Position numbers and translations under genes: made by a program. The notes beneath the pieces are model-generated. The model saw only the letters and a program-made list of their open reading frames with translations, made no database searches and was not told the DNA's origin. A stretch of 61,158 bases of DNA, the filler included. It is 7 parts of 7 records of this genome, joined end to end, with 100 filler letters (N's around TTAATTAATTAA, not from the genome) between each part and the next. Parts side by side here need not be neighbours in the genome. Positions count along the whole stretch, not along the records: positions 47,819 to 61,158 come from SRR20825010_5382; 6 more parts are not named here. One strand, given 5' to 3'. Below, one piece after another: positions 48,573 to 57,561 of this stretch. Every line of letters begins with the position of its first letter. Within the stretch, counting starts at the first letter, position 1.

Positions 48573-48626
48573 ACGAAGAGAACGTCCAGGCAATTGTGAA
48601 GCAATTTCTTCGCACGGAGTGAACCG

Positions 48627-49043
48627 ATGACCGAGATAGGAAATACAAATGGCAGCGCACAGGTCCTGGACCTGCGTTCTCCGCGCGCCAGTACTTCCGC
48701 ATCAGCGGGTGTCGATCGCTTTTCAGGCTCTTCAGGAACAGAGAAAAGCGGAGCACCCTCCGCAGAAGCACTAGCGCAAAACAAGGGTAAGGAAGAAAGC
48801 GTTCCCCTTGGTTCGCCTTTAGAAAAGGCGGCCAAAGCGCTTGAACAGTTTATTCCCGAAAATGAACAGATACCTAATACCCGGCTGCGTATTGACCGTG
48901 ATGACGAGACAGGTCGTTTCGTCTACTTGAACATCGACAATGAATCTGGTGAGATCGTTAAACAATTCCCACCAGAAAGCATCCTTGAATTCTTGTCCTA
49001 CTACCGCGAGGTAGCTGGGCTCACGGTAGATGATGAAGCTTAG
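48627..49043 (+). CDS. flaG: Flagellar protein FlaG
   Basis: RLRIDRDDETGRFVY...DNESGEIVKQFPPE...GLTVD; directly downstream of flagellin. Confidence 0.85.
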   Translation: MTEIGNTNGSAQVLDLRSPRASTSASAGVDRFSGSSGTEKSGAPSAEALAQNKGKEESVPLGSPLEKAAKALEQFIPENEQIPNTRLRIDRDDETGRFVYLNIDNESGEIVKQFPPESILEFLSYYREVAGLTVDDEA

Positions 49044-49303
49044 GTTTGGTGTGTAACAGCGTATAGCGAAGCACCAAACCTTCGCTGTTTAGATTATTTT
49101 CACCTGTATCTGTGCGAAAGATGGGCCGCACGGAACGGGTTTTTTGTGCTTCTTTTTCAGGTAGCCCGCATTCAGTTTTATCGCTGGACATTTTCCTCTC
49201 ACGCGCTAGCTAACAGACTGAAAAGTAATAGGCGCAGCCAGCTGGCCCAACCGGTGGCGGCCGATACATCAATTTATCAAAATGAGTTGTGGAGATTTGA
49301 CTG

Positions 49304-50149
49304 ATGAAGTTTGCAGGCACCGAGAATTATGTCGCCACAGACGACCTTAAAATTGCGGTAAACGCAGCGGCGACACTACGGCGCCCTCTTCTGATCAAGG
49401 GTGAACCCGGCACCGGTAAAACCGTGCTGGCACAAGAAGTAGCCGACGCCTTTGGCCTAAAGCTCATTGAGTGGCACATCAAATCCACCACAAAAGCCCA
49501 ACAAGGCCTCTATGAGTATGATGCGGTATCCCGCCTGCGCGATAGCCAGCTTGGTGATGAAAAGGTTCAGGATATCAAGAACTACATCAAGCGCGGCAAG
49601 CTTTGGGAAGCTTTTGAAAGCGATGAGACCCCTGTGCTTCTGATCGACGAGATCGACAAGGCAGACATCGAGTTTCCAAACGACCTTCTGCTTGAGCTCG
49701 ACCGGATGGAGTTTCATGTCTACGAGACAGGTGAAACCATCAAGGCCAACAACCGCCCGATTGTGATCATCACCTCCAACAATGAGAAAGAACTGCCCGA
49801 CGCCTTCCTGCGCCGCTGTTTCTTCCACTTCATCAAGTTCCCTGACAAGGACACCATGAAAGATATCATCAAGGTTCATTACCCCGATATCCAGCAAGCA
49901 CTGGTGCGCGAAGCCCTCAGCATCTTTTTTGATATGCGCGAGGTGCCGGGGTTGAAGAAAAAACCGTCCACCAGCGAACTGCTGGATTGGCTCAAGCTTC
50001 TGATGGCGGAAGACCTGCCGCTTGATGTACTGAAATCAAAAGACCCAAGCAAGCTGATCCCACCGCTTCACGGGGCGCTGCTTAAAAACGAGCAGGATGT
50101 GCACCTTTTTGAACGTCTGGCCTTCATGAACCGCCGTCAATCGAGCTGA
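49304..50149 (+). CDS. MoxR-family AAA+ ATPase
   Basis: Walker A GEPGTGKT, Walker B LLIDEIDKAD, TSNNEKELPDAFLRRC and KKPSTSE. Confidence 0.93.
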   Translation: MKFAGTENYVATDDLKIAVNAAATLRRPLLIKGEPGTGKTVLAQEVADAFGLKLIEWHIKSTTKAQQGLYEYDAVSRLRDSQLGDEKVQDIKNYIKRGKLWEAFESDETPVLLIDEIDKADIEFPNDLLLELDRMEFHVYETGETIKANNRPIVIITSNNEKELPDAFLRRCFFHFIKFPDKDTMKDIIKVHYPDIQQALVREALSIFFDMREVPGLKKKPSTSELLDWLKLLMAEDLPLDVLKSKDPSKLIPPLHGALLKNEQDVHLFERLAFMNRRQSS

Positions 50150-50156
50150 TAAGTCC

Positions 50157-51326
50157 ATGTTCACAGACTTCTTCTATAGCCTCAAAGACGGTGGTGTGCC
50201 TGTCAGCATCAAGGAATACCTGATGCTGATGGAAGCGATGCAGGCTGGCTGCGCCAATTATAGCGTGGATGACTTTTATTTCCTGTCGCGCGCAACCTTT
50301 GTCAAAGACGAAAAAAATCTGGATAAATTTGACCGTGTGTTTGGCAAAGTCTTTGAAGGTGTTGAGTTTATCGGCGAAGAGACGGTAGACGTGCCCGAAG
50401 AGTGGCTGCGCAAGATGGCCGAGCTGTATCTGAGTAAAGAAGAGATGGACAAGATCAATTCCCTCGGTTCGTGGGATGAGATCATGGAGACACTCAAAAA
50501 GCGACTTGAAGAGCAGGAAGCCCGGCACCAGGGCGGCAACAAATGGGTCGGCACCGCGGGCACCAGCCCCTTTGGCGCGTATGGCTATAATCCTGAAGGC
50601 GTGCGCATCGGCCAAAAGGAAGGTCGTCATGGCCGCGCCATCAAGGTTTGGGACAAACGCGAATACCGCAACCTCGATGATACGGTCGAGCTGGGCACGC
50701 GCAACATCAAGGTCGCCCTCAGAAAGTTACGCCAGTTCGCCCGCGAAGGTGAAGCAACAGAGCTGGACCTTGACGGCACCATCAAAGCCACCGCCCATAA
50801 TGGCTTTCTGGATATCAAGATGGTGCCAGAACGCCATAACGCCGTGAAGATATTGCTGTTTCTGGATGTCGGCGGCTCTATGGACCCCCATATCAAAGTG
50901 TGTGAAGAGCTATTTTCCGCCGCGCGGACCGAGTTCAAGCACTTAGAGTTTTTCTACTTCCACAACTGCCTTTATGAGCGGGTTTGGAAAGACAACAGCC
51001 GCCGTTTTGGCGACACCACACCAACCATGGATCTGCTGCACACTTTCCCGCACGATTATAAAGTGATCTTCATTGGTGATGCTTCCATGAGTCCCTATGA
51101 GATCACCTACCCGGGCGGTTCGGTCGAGCACTGGAATGAAGAAGCTGGCGAAGTGTGGATGCGGCGTCTGACCGATATCTACCAAAAAGCTGTATGGCTT
51201 AACCCGATACCCGACACGCACTGGGAGTATTCGCATTCGATCCAGATCATGAAAACACTGATGGAAGACCGTATGTTCCCACTCACCATCGGTGGCATTG
51301 AAAGTGCGATAAAGGCATTGCGGTAA
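50157..51326 (+). CDS. VWA-domain protein (CoxE-like), MoxR partner
   Basis: GGNKWVGTAGTSPFG, MIDAS-like DVGGSM, YFHNC, GDASMSPYE and WLNP motifs. Confidence 0.9.
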   Translation: MFTDFFYSLKDGGVPVSIKEYLMLMEAMQAGCANYSVDDFYFLSRATFVKDEKNLDKFDRVFGKVFEGVEFIGEETVDVPEEWLRKMAELYLSKEEMDKINSLGSWDEIMETLKKRLEEQEARHQGGNKWVGTAGTSPFGAYGYNPEGVRIGQKEGRHGRAIKVWDKREYRNLDDTVELGTRNIKVALRKLRQFAREGEATELDLDGTIKATAHNGFLDIKMVPERHNAVKILLFLDVGGSMDPHIKVCEELFSAARTEFKHLEFFYFHNCLYERVWKDNSRRFGDTTPTMDLLHTFPHDYKVIFIGDASMSPYEITYPGGSVEHWNEEAGEVWMRRLTDIYQKAVWLNPIPDTHWEYSHSIQIMKTLMEDRMFPLTIGGIESAIKALR

Positions 51327-51381
51327 GGCACCTCCCCTCTATAGTCTTGAATGTATTAATCATTTGAGCACGGGGTATGGA

Positions 51382-53181
51382 ATGGCCAGCGCAACCGAAA
51401 TCCTTGAAAAGCTGAAAGCACAGGAAGCAGCGGCATCAGACAATGCCGCGCTTCAGGAAGTGGAAGCTTCATACGAAGACCTCGCGCCCTCATGGCAGCA
51501 TGACGCTGATTTCCTCATTCAGCGCAACAGTTTCCGTGTCCAGTATGCCGCCTTGATGGCTATCCCACGCCCCAAGGTGTTACTTGGCCTGATCAACGGC
51601 AATGCCTATCCCAATTTCCATACCATGCCGCTGCTCCGTATCGCAGACGTGGCTTCACTGTCTTTTGATGGAAAAGATGAACGACCCGACCGCATCCCTT
51701 TCAATATTATCACTGATACAATGGACGATATTATCGGAAAGCTACCCCGTGGCTTCCAACCCGATATATTCTGGGACCCGCAGGCCTGCGGGGGCTCCAC
51801 CACACCACGAGGGCTTTCTTCTCCGCCCTTCATGACCATTGCTGGCTTCCATGAACACCACCGCGCAGTAGAGCTCTATAATCTGGCTTACAGCTATGAT
51901 GCTATATGCCCTCTCTCCACCACCTTTGCAGACGTTTTCAAGTCCTGCTTCCCTGACAAGGAAGTCTTCGACCTGCCATTTGGCGTGAACTGGGGATCGT
52001 TCCACCATTTCATTCCCGCAGGCCCGGCGCCAGCCGAACGGGAGATTGACATTCTGCTAACTTTTGATGATGCCTACGCCCCAGCATACGGCCAGTACCG
52101 AGCGAAAGTTCATGAGGCTTTCCAGGCGTTTAAAGACAAATATGGGGACAAATACCGGCTCGAGTTCCAGCATGACCTTAGCCCCACGGACTATCTTGGT
52201 TACCTGCAGCGCAGCAAGATTGTGCTGAATGTTGTTGGCCTGCACGGCCCCTACAACCACCGGCTATGTGAAGCGATGAATGCGGGTGCCGTATTGATGC
52301 AGATCGATGCGCAATATGCGACCGGCGACCAGAAAATCGGTTCCTATTTCAAGGAAGGTGAAGAATTCATCCTGTTCGATGAAACCAACTTTGAGGAAAA
52401 AGCCCTCTCCCTTCTTGAAGACCCGGACAAACTCGCGAGCGTTGCTGCGGCAGGCAAGGCACGACTTGAAACTGAATATTCCTATGAAATGCTGTACCTG
52501 AAACTCCTCCAGACCGTGCAGGAGGCCGTTGTTGCCAAGGGCGGAAAGTTGAACCGCCTGCCGCAGGAAACGGCTTCTGCAACACGCGCGCTTGCCATGT
52601 TCCACTCCAATCGGCCAGAGAAGCAGATAACCGCGCTCCTGGACCTACCCACCGCTGCCGCACAAATGAACATGCAGTTTGAAAGCGCGCTGCTCCCTCA
52701 CCTGAAATGTTATACATCCATGGTGACGCCGGAAAATCTCGCCAACCTGTTTGGGGACCATGAAGCCCTTCAGAAATTCCCCGAAAATGCGGTTGAAGGC
52801 TATAAAGCCTGTTTTGACATGATCGAAAAACCTTCGCTAATCGATCGCTGGAACCTGGCCGTACTGTGCTTTGAAGCTGGAGACCGCGAAACAGTTCGTC
52901 TCCTTGGCCTGTTTCAGGAACTTCTGAAAGCCGAGGCAGGCGAGTTCAGTGCCATGAGCTTTTTCACAACCGGCTTTCAAATTGAAGGTTTTGACGAGCA
53001 GTTCCATGCCGAGGCTCGCGTTAACCTGCTGAACCTTGGCGTGCTGACATCTCTTGGCGATGGTGAGCGCAACAGCCGCGCCATTCAGGGGTTTATGCTC
53101 TTTTGGGTCTGTATTCTGCTCGCGCATGCAGGCGATACGTCTGCAGATTGGCAAGCTCGAGCCAACGCCTTTCTCGGCTAG
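51382..53181 (+). CDS. Glycosyltransferase (GT-B, CgeB/Glyco_trans_1_2-like) with helical C-terminal extension
   Basis: PDIFW, REIDI, YLQRSKIVLN, N.RLCEAMNAGA, F..GEEFI.F and A.AG..R motifs. Confidence 0.75.
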   Translation: MASATEILEKLKAQEAAASDNAALQEVEASYEDLAPSWQHDADFLIQRNSFRVQYAALMAIPRPKVLLGLINGNAYPNFHTMPLLRIADVASLSFDGKDERPDRIPFNIITDTMDDIIGKLPRGFQPDIFWDPQACGGSTTPRGLSSPPFMTIAGFHEHHRAVELYNLAYSYDAICPLSTTFADVFKSCFPDKEVFDLPFGVNWGSFHHFIPAGPAPAEREIDILLTFDDAYAPAYGQYRAKVHEAFQAFKDKYGDKYRLEFQHDLSPTDYLGYLQRSKIVLNVVGLHGPYNHRLCEAMNAGAVLMQIDAQYATGDQKIGSYFKEGEEFILFDETNFEEKALSLLEDPDKLASVAAAGKARLETEYSYEMLYLKLLQTVQEAVVAKGGKLNRLPQETASATRALAMFHSNRPEKQITALLDLPTAAAQMNMQFESALLPHLKCYTSMVTPENLANLFGDHEALQKFPENAVEGYKACFDMIEKPSLIDRWNLAVLCFEAGDRETVRLLGLFQELLKAEAGEFSAMSFFTTGFQIEGFDEQFHAEARVNLLNLGVLTSLGDGERNSRAIQGFMLFWVCILLAHAGDTSADWQARANAFLG

Positions 53182-53213
53182 GTTGCTAAGACTTCTGGGC
53201 CCCCACACCGCAA

Positions 53214-53242
53214 AAGCCCCGCAGCCGATGGCTCCGGGGCTT
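53214..53242. terminator. Hairpin between convergent genes, likely bidirectional terminator
   Basis: AAGCCCCG-C-AGCC-GAT-GGCT-C-CGGGGCTT. Confidence 0.65.
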
Positions 53243-53264
53243 CCGTTTTGAAACTAAAGGTCGG

Positions 53265-53756
53265 TTAGTCCGCGTTTGCATCCAGAATCTGGATGCTAGC
53301 GCTCACAGGACCTCGTGCCCGGGCAATTTCACGGCTCGTAACGCGGGCATCACGCGTCAAAGCGCGCTCTTCGTCACCCGAAGCTGCAATCGCATAGTTG
53401 AGATGCAGCGCAAAGCTCAATTGCTCACCACGATAATCCGCCGGAAGTGCAGGAAAATCTGCATTCTTGACCACACGGCGGGCCGCAGCGTTAATCAAAC
53501 CGTTTTTGGCAGCCACCACATTATCGGTGCCCACAACATTGCCCTCGCGGTCAATGGTCACGTTGAAAGTGGCAAAGCCTTCAGCATTCTGGCGAACGGC
53601 CATGGCAGGATACTTCATTTTCGCGTCCACCGACGCACCCGCCGCTTTCGACCATGCTTTCAAGCCATCGCTCTCACCTGCTTGCGCAGATGCACCAAAT
53701 GCCATTGCGCCCAGGGATGCTGCAACCAAAAGACCTTTTGCAAAATTCGTATTCAT
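53265..53756 (-). CDS. Exported TonB C-terminal-domain protein
   Basis: Signal peptide ending AQA; YP..A.R...EG......IDR.G.V...AA...V..A.FP TonB_C pattern. Confidence 0.8.
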   Translation of the reverse strand: MNTNFAKGLLVAASLGAMAFGASAQAGESDGLKAWSKAAGASVDAKMKYPAMAVRQNAEGFATFNVTIDREGNVVGTDNVVAAKNGLINAAARRVVKNADFPALPADYRGEQLSFALHLNYAIAASGDEERALTRDARVTSREIARARGPVSASIQILDANAD

Positions 53757-54091
53757 AGATTTACTCCTCGCTAAGTCGCTGTGTGTGTTTTTTTGTTATC
53801 GCCGCAGCTTTTGCCGCTGACCCTTCATACATATGAACTCATTGATTTTTTTTAAGGGGCGATGCGACAAAGCGTTCTTTTTATGCGGTTCGCCGCTAAA
53901 CTTATGATCGGAAGTCATATACCCCTTTCCTGGGATCTTTAGCGCCAAGTATTTTGCCGTGGAATTTGGCAGAAAAAGGCGCAGTGACTCCAATCCGTCA
54001 AAATCCCCTTTTATTAAGGCAGCATACTTTGCTAAAGCTTGTGCCCTATTGGCGCCCAATACCAACGACTATCCTTTGAAAGGGGAGACTG

Positions 54092-55570
54092 ATGAAAATC
54101 GGGGTAATTAGCAGCTTTATACTCGCAGCTGCGCTCAGCGGCGCCACTCTGGCCGCAGATACAGATACAATTGGCACATTGGAAAGCTGGACAGAGGGTG
54201 GTGAGAAAGCCATCGCAGACCGTGTTGCCGTAAAGGTCAATGAGAAACGCGCCAAAAACGTTATCCTGTTTGTGGGCGATGGTATGGGCATATCGACACT
54301 GACAGCCGCACGCATCCTTGAAGGTCAGCTTCGCGGTGAAAGCGGTGAGGAAAATTACCTGAGCTTTGAACGCTTCCCGTACACTGCGCTTGTAAAAACC
54401 TATAACGTTGATGCTCAGGTTGCCGATTCTGCCGGCACCGCTTCAGCGTTTAACACTGGCACCAAAACCCGTATCGGCGTGATCAACACGCCGCCAACAC
54501 AACACCAGAAGGAATGCGCGGCAGACACCTTTACCGCAGTTACCCCGCTTGCCTATTATGCCGAAAAAGTCGGCATGGCTACGGGTATCGTGAGTACAGC
54601 ACGCCTCACCCACGCCACACCAGCAGCCGTATTCGCCCACAGCCCTTCGCGGGACTGGGAAGCGGACAGCGAGGTGCCCGAGGAAGCCAAAGCTGCCGGT
54701 TGCCGTGACATTGCACAGCAGATACTGGACCCTATGATGGGTAACGGTCTTGAAGTTGCCCTTGGTGGTGGTCGCCGCAATTTTGTGCCTGAGGGTGAGC
54801 GTAAAGGTAAACGCACCGATGGCCGCGACATCACGGCTGAATGGACAAAAAGCGCCGACAACGCCCGTTATATTGAGACCGCAGAAGAGCTCAAAAACGT
54901 TGACCTCGCAAACACGTCCCGTCTCTTAGGCCTTTTCAGCAGTTCACACATGGATTTCCACGCTGACCATAGCGCGAACCAGCCTGAACTGGCCGAGATG
55001 ACCGAAACCGCCATCAACATGCTCAGCAAAAACGAGAACGGCTTTTACCTGATGGTTGAGGCGGGGCGCATCGACCACGGTCACCACGGCGGCAGCGCCT
55101 ATAACGCACTTAACGACACCGTGGCCTTGTCTGCAGCAGTTCGCAAAGCGGCCGAGATGGTTGACCTCGATGAGACCCTTATTCTCGTGACCGCTGACCA
55201 TAGCCACGTCTTCACGATCGCGGGCTACCCACAGCGTGGCAACCCCATCTTCGGTATCGTAAAAGAGCCAGTGACCGGCGAAGTTTCCCTGATGGGCGAC
55301 GATAAACCATACACCACGCTCGGCTACAACAACGGCCCAGGCGCCGTACCAGGTGACCGCCCTGTGCTGACGGATGAGATCACAACGGACCCCAAGTTTC
55401 TCCAGCAGTCTCTTATTCCGCGCTCAAGCGAAACACATGGTGGTGAGGATGTGGCACTGTTTGGTGTCGGCCCGTGGGCGCATCTGGTGCGTGGTACAAT
55501 GGAACAGAATGTGATTTTCCATATTATGGATCATGCGCTGGGCTTGCGGGAACGCGCAGCGGCCCAATAA
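54092..55570 (+). CDS. phoA: Alkaline phosphatase (PhoA family)
   Basis: NVILFVGDGMG, active-site ADSAGTA, THATPA, VEAGRIDHGHH, VTADHSH and ETHGGEDV motifs. Confidence 0.95.
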   Translation: MKIGVISSFILAAALSGATLAADTDTIGTLESWTEGGEKAIADRVAVKVNEKRAKNVILFVGDGMGISTLTAARILEGQLRGESGEENYLSFERFPYTALVKTYNVDAQVADSAGTASAFNTGTKTRIGVINTPPTQHQKECAADTFTAVTPLAYYAEKVGMATGIVSTARLTHATPAAVFAHSPSRDWEADSEVPEEAKAAGCRDIAQQILDPMMGNGLEVALGGGRRNFVPEGERKGKRTDGRDITAEWTKSADNARYIETAEELKNVDLANTSRLLGLFSSSHMDFHADHSANQPELAEMTETAINMLSKNENGFYLMVEAGRIDHGHHGGSAYNALNDTVALSAAVRKAAEMVDLDETLILVTADHSHVFTIAGYPQRGNPIFGIVKEPVTGEVSLMGDDKPYTTLGYNNGPGAVPGDRPVLTDEITTDPKFLQQSLIPRSSETHGGEDVALFGVGPWAHLVRGTMEQNVIFHIMDHALGLRERAAAQ

Positions 55571-55587
55571 TCCGTATAGGCAGAACC

Positions 55588-55617
55588 AACAAAGGGGACC
55601 GCTCGGTCCCCTTTGTT
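55588..55617. terminator. Bidirectional intrinsic terminator
   Basis: Perfect inverted repeat AACAAAGGGGACC-GCTC-GGTCCCCTTTGTT between convergent genes. Confidence 0.85.
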
Positions 55618-55638
55618 ATTGATGGCTAACTGGTGAGG

Positions 55639-56136
55639 TTAAGCGCTGTATTTTTGGATGGCGTTATTGAGGCTATCGGTCAATTTCTCCCCGATCTCCC
55701 CCCCCGTACCGCTTACCCGCCCACGAATGACAGCCCGCATCGCATCAAGGTGCGCCTTGATTAGTTCAACCTGCCCATCCGATATCTCATCGCGCTTGTA
55801 GGTGAAGCCATATAGAGAATCAGCAAAGGTTGTGATGAGCGGATACCCAAACGTGCCGCCCTGCCCCTTCATATCATGGGCAATGCGGTGAATTTCTTCA
55901 AAACAGTCACGCCGCGATTCTGGTGTATCTACACAGCGACCATGCTGTTCCTGCAGTTTCACCACTAGGCCAGACACCCAATCCGGGTAATCTTCCGCCA
56001 TCTTTGTGAGAGCTTTTTCCGCTGCCTCAAGTGCCTCAGGCGATATGCTCACCTTGCCCGGCGCAAGCCCTGCGGTTTTTTCCTTCAGGCGGTTCTTAAA
56101 GCGATAGAAGCGTACAATGACCGGTTTTTTATCCAC
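55639..56136 (-). CDS. Hpt-like domain protein
   Basis: IAHDMKGQGGTFGYPL motif; overlaps the upstream receiver gene. Confidence 0.8.
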   Translation of the reverse strand: MDKKPVIVRFYRFKNRLKEKTAGLAPGKVSISPEALEAAEKALTKMAEDYPDWVSGLVVKLQEQHGRCVDTPESRRDCFEEIHRIAHDMKGQGGTFGYPLITTFADSLYGFTYKRDEISDGQVELIKAHLDAMRAVIRGRVSGTGGEIGEKLTDSLNNAIQKYSA

Positions 56137-56680
56137 GGATAATCTCCACGCCTTCGCTCTTGTCTGTCAGCACCCTGCGCTCTGGCCCGCCATGATCCAG
56201 CTTTTGCCGTCTGCGGTCAGGCCCGAAGAAGTCTTTTGTATGCACAAACTGGCGCGGTCGCTCGATGATCGAGATCAGCTTCTCACCAATATTTTTAATG
56301 GTAAAGGGCTTGGCCAACATGTCGGTCACGCCCATCTCACGTGCCTGCAAAACCCGTTCAGGCTCAGTATAGCTCGTGATCATGACAAAAGGCACAAACC
56401 TGTCCGGGCTGTCCTTATGGCGCCGCACCCAACGCAGAAACATCATGCCGTCGATCGGGTGCATATCCCAGTTGGAGATGACGATATCGATTTGCTGGAC
56501 ACCAACACGCATGGGCTCGTTTTTAACCCGCTGCAGGAAATGAATGGCGTCACCACCGTGTTCCACAGCAAACACATTGCCAACACCGAGAACCTTGAGG
56601 GAGTTGACAAGCAATGAACGGATAAAGGGGCTATCCTCTGCCAGCAAAACATTTACCCGGTCAAAATCATAATCGCTCAT
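56129..56680 (-). CDS. CheY-like receiver with Arg-rich C-terminal tail (Cle-like c-di-GMP effector)
   Basis: LLAEDS, VISNWDM, MITS and AKPF receiver motifs; tail FFGPDRRR...HGGPERR. Confidence 0.8.
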   Translation of the reverse strand: MSDYDFDRVNVLLAEDSPFIRSLLVNSLKVLGVGNVFAVEHGGDAIHFLQRVKNEPMRVGVQQIDIVISNWDMHPIDGMMFLRWVRRHKDSPDRFVPFVMITSYTEPERVLQAREMGVTDMLAKPFTIKNIGEKLISIIERPRQFVHTKDFFGPDRRRQKLDHGGPERRVLTDKSEGVEIIRG

Positions 56681-56763
56681 ATAGTGGCCCTATATTTCCG
56701 GCTTCTCGTAAACCTTTGATTTCTTTGTAACGCTTGATTTTATACGCGGTCAATCATTTCGGT

Positions 56764-57132
56764 TTAACCTGCCTCACACCCACGTTCTTTAATAGCATCC
56801 AGAAGCTGCTGCAGCCGGGTGTTCAACTCACGCAACACCTCCGCCTTGCGCGCGTCGTCATCATGGACATCATCTTGATGTTCTGCCCGTTCAGCTTGGC
56901 GTGCCAACCGCCACGCACCGATGCTGCGCGCGGCGCCCTTCAGCTTATGGGCATATGAGCGCCAGCTTGAAGCATCGGCCCCGGCAAGGTCGACAAGATA
57001 GTCCGGTGCCTTTTCAGCAAAAACACCAAGTATCTGAGCTTCAAAATCCGTATCTCCGCCCGAGAACCCGCGCAGGTGTTCCGGATCAAGCACAACATCC
57101 TCATCCCAATTGGACTCGGCCACGCCCATCAT
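56764..57132 (-). CDS. Hpt domain protein
   Basis: LDPEHL...GGD..F...IL..F and AHKLKGAARSIGA motifs; ATGA overlap with the upstream gene. Confidence 0.85.
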   Translation of the reverse strand: MMGVAESNWDEDVVLDPEHLRGFSGGDTDFEAQILGVFAEKAPDYLVDLAGADASSWRSYAHKLKGAARSIGAWRLARQAERAEHQDDVHDDDARKAEVLRELNTRLQQLLDAIKERGCEAG

Positions 57133-57386
57133 TCCCCCAGCACTTTGCGCCCGGCGGGTGTCAATTTGCACACTAGCCAGTCAGGCTTAATGGGGTTACG
57201 ACGCCATGGTTCACACCAGCCGTTGGAGAGGCAAGAGCGTACCGTCTGATCATTGATGCGTTGGCCCTGCCGGTCAAAGAGCGGCAGTTTACCCCCAGGC
57301 TCATTCAGACCACGTTCAAGGTAGCGCTTTTGCGCCGCACTTGGCTTTATTGCCCCCGTGGTCTTCACGATCGTCAAATCGGCCAT
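57129..57386 (-). CDS. Small hypothetical protein (alphaproteobacterial type)
   Basis: 85 aa with PGGKLPLFD..GQ...C...GW.EPW..NPIKPDWLVCKLT..G; RBS upstream; coupled to the Hpt gene. Confidence 0.7.
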   Translation of the reverse strand: MADLTIVKTTGAIKPSAAQKRYLERGLNEPGGKLPLFDRQGQRINDQTVRSCLSNGWCEPWRRNPIKPDWLVCKLTPAGRKVLGE

Positions 57387-57561
57387 ACCAGCCCTTCCTG
57401 AAAAACGTGAAACCTTTTCCCGACCTCAATGATGCCATAACTTCGTAACAAAATACCAGCCATCACGTAAAAACCTCAGCCCAAGCCATTGACGGAGGGC
57501 ATGTAATCGTAAACTGTAACACAGGCGCCATGGGCGCGTGGGGAAGATCATTGAGGGCACA

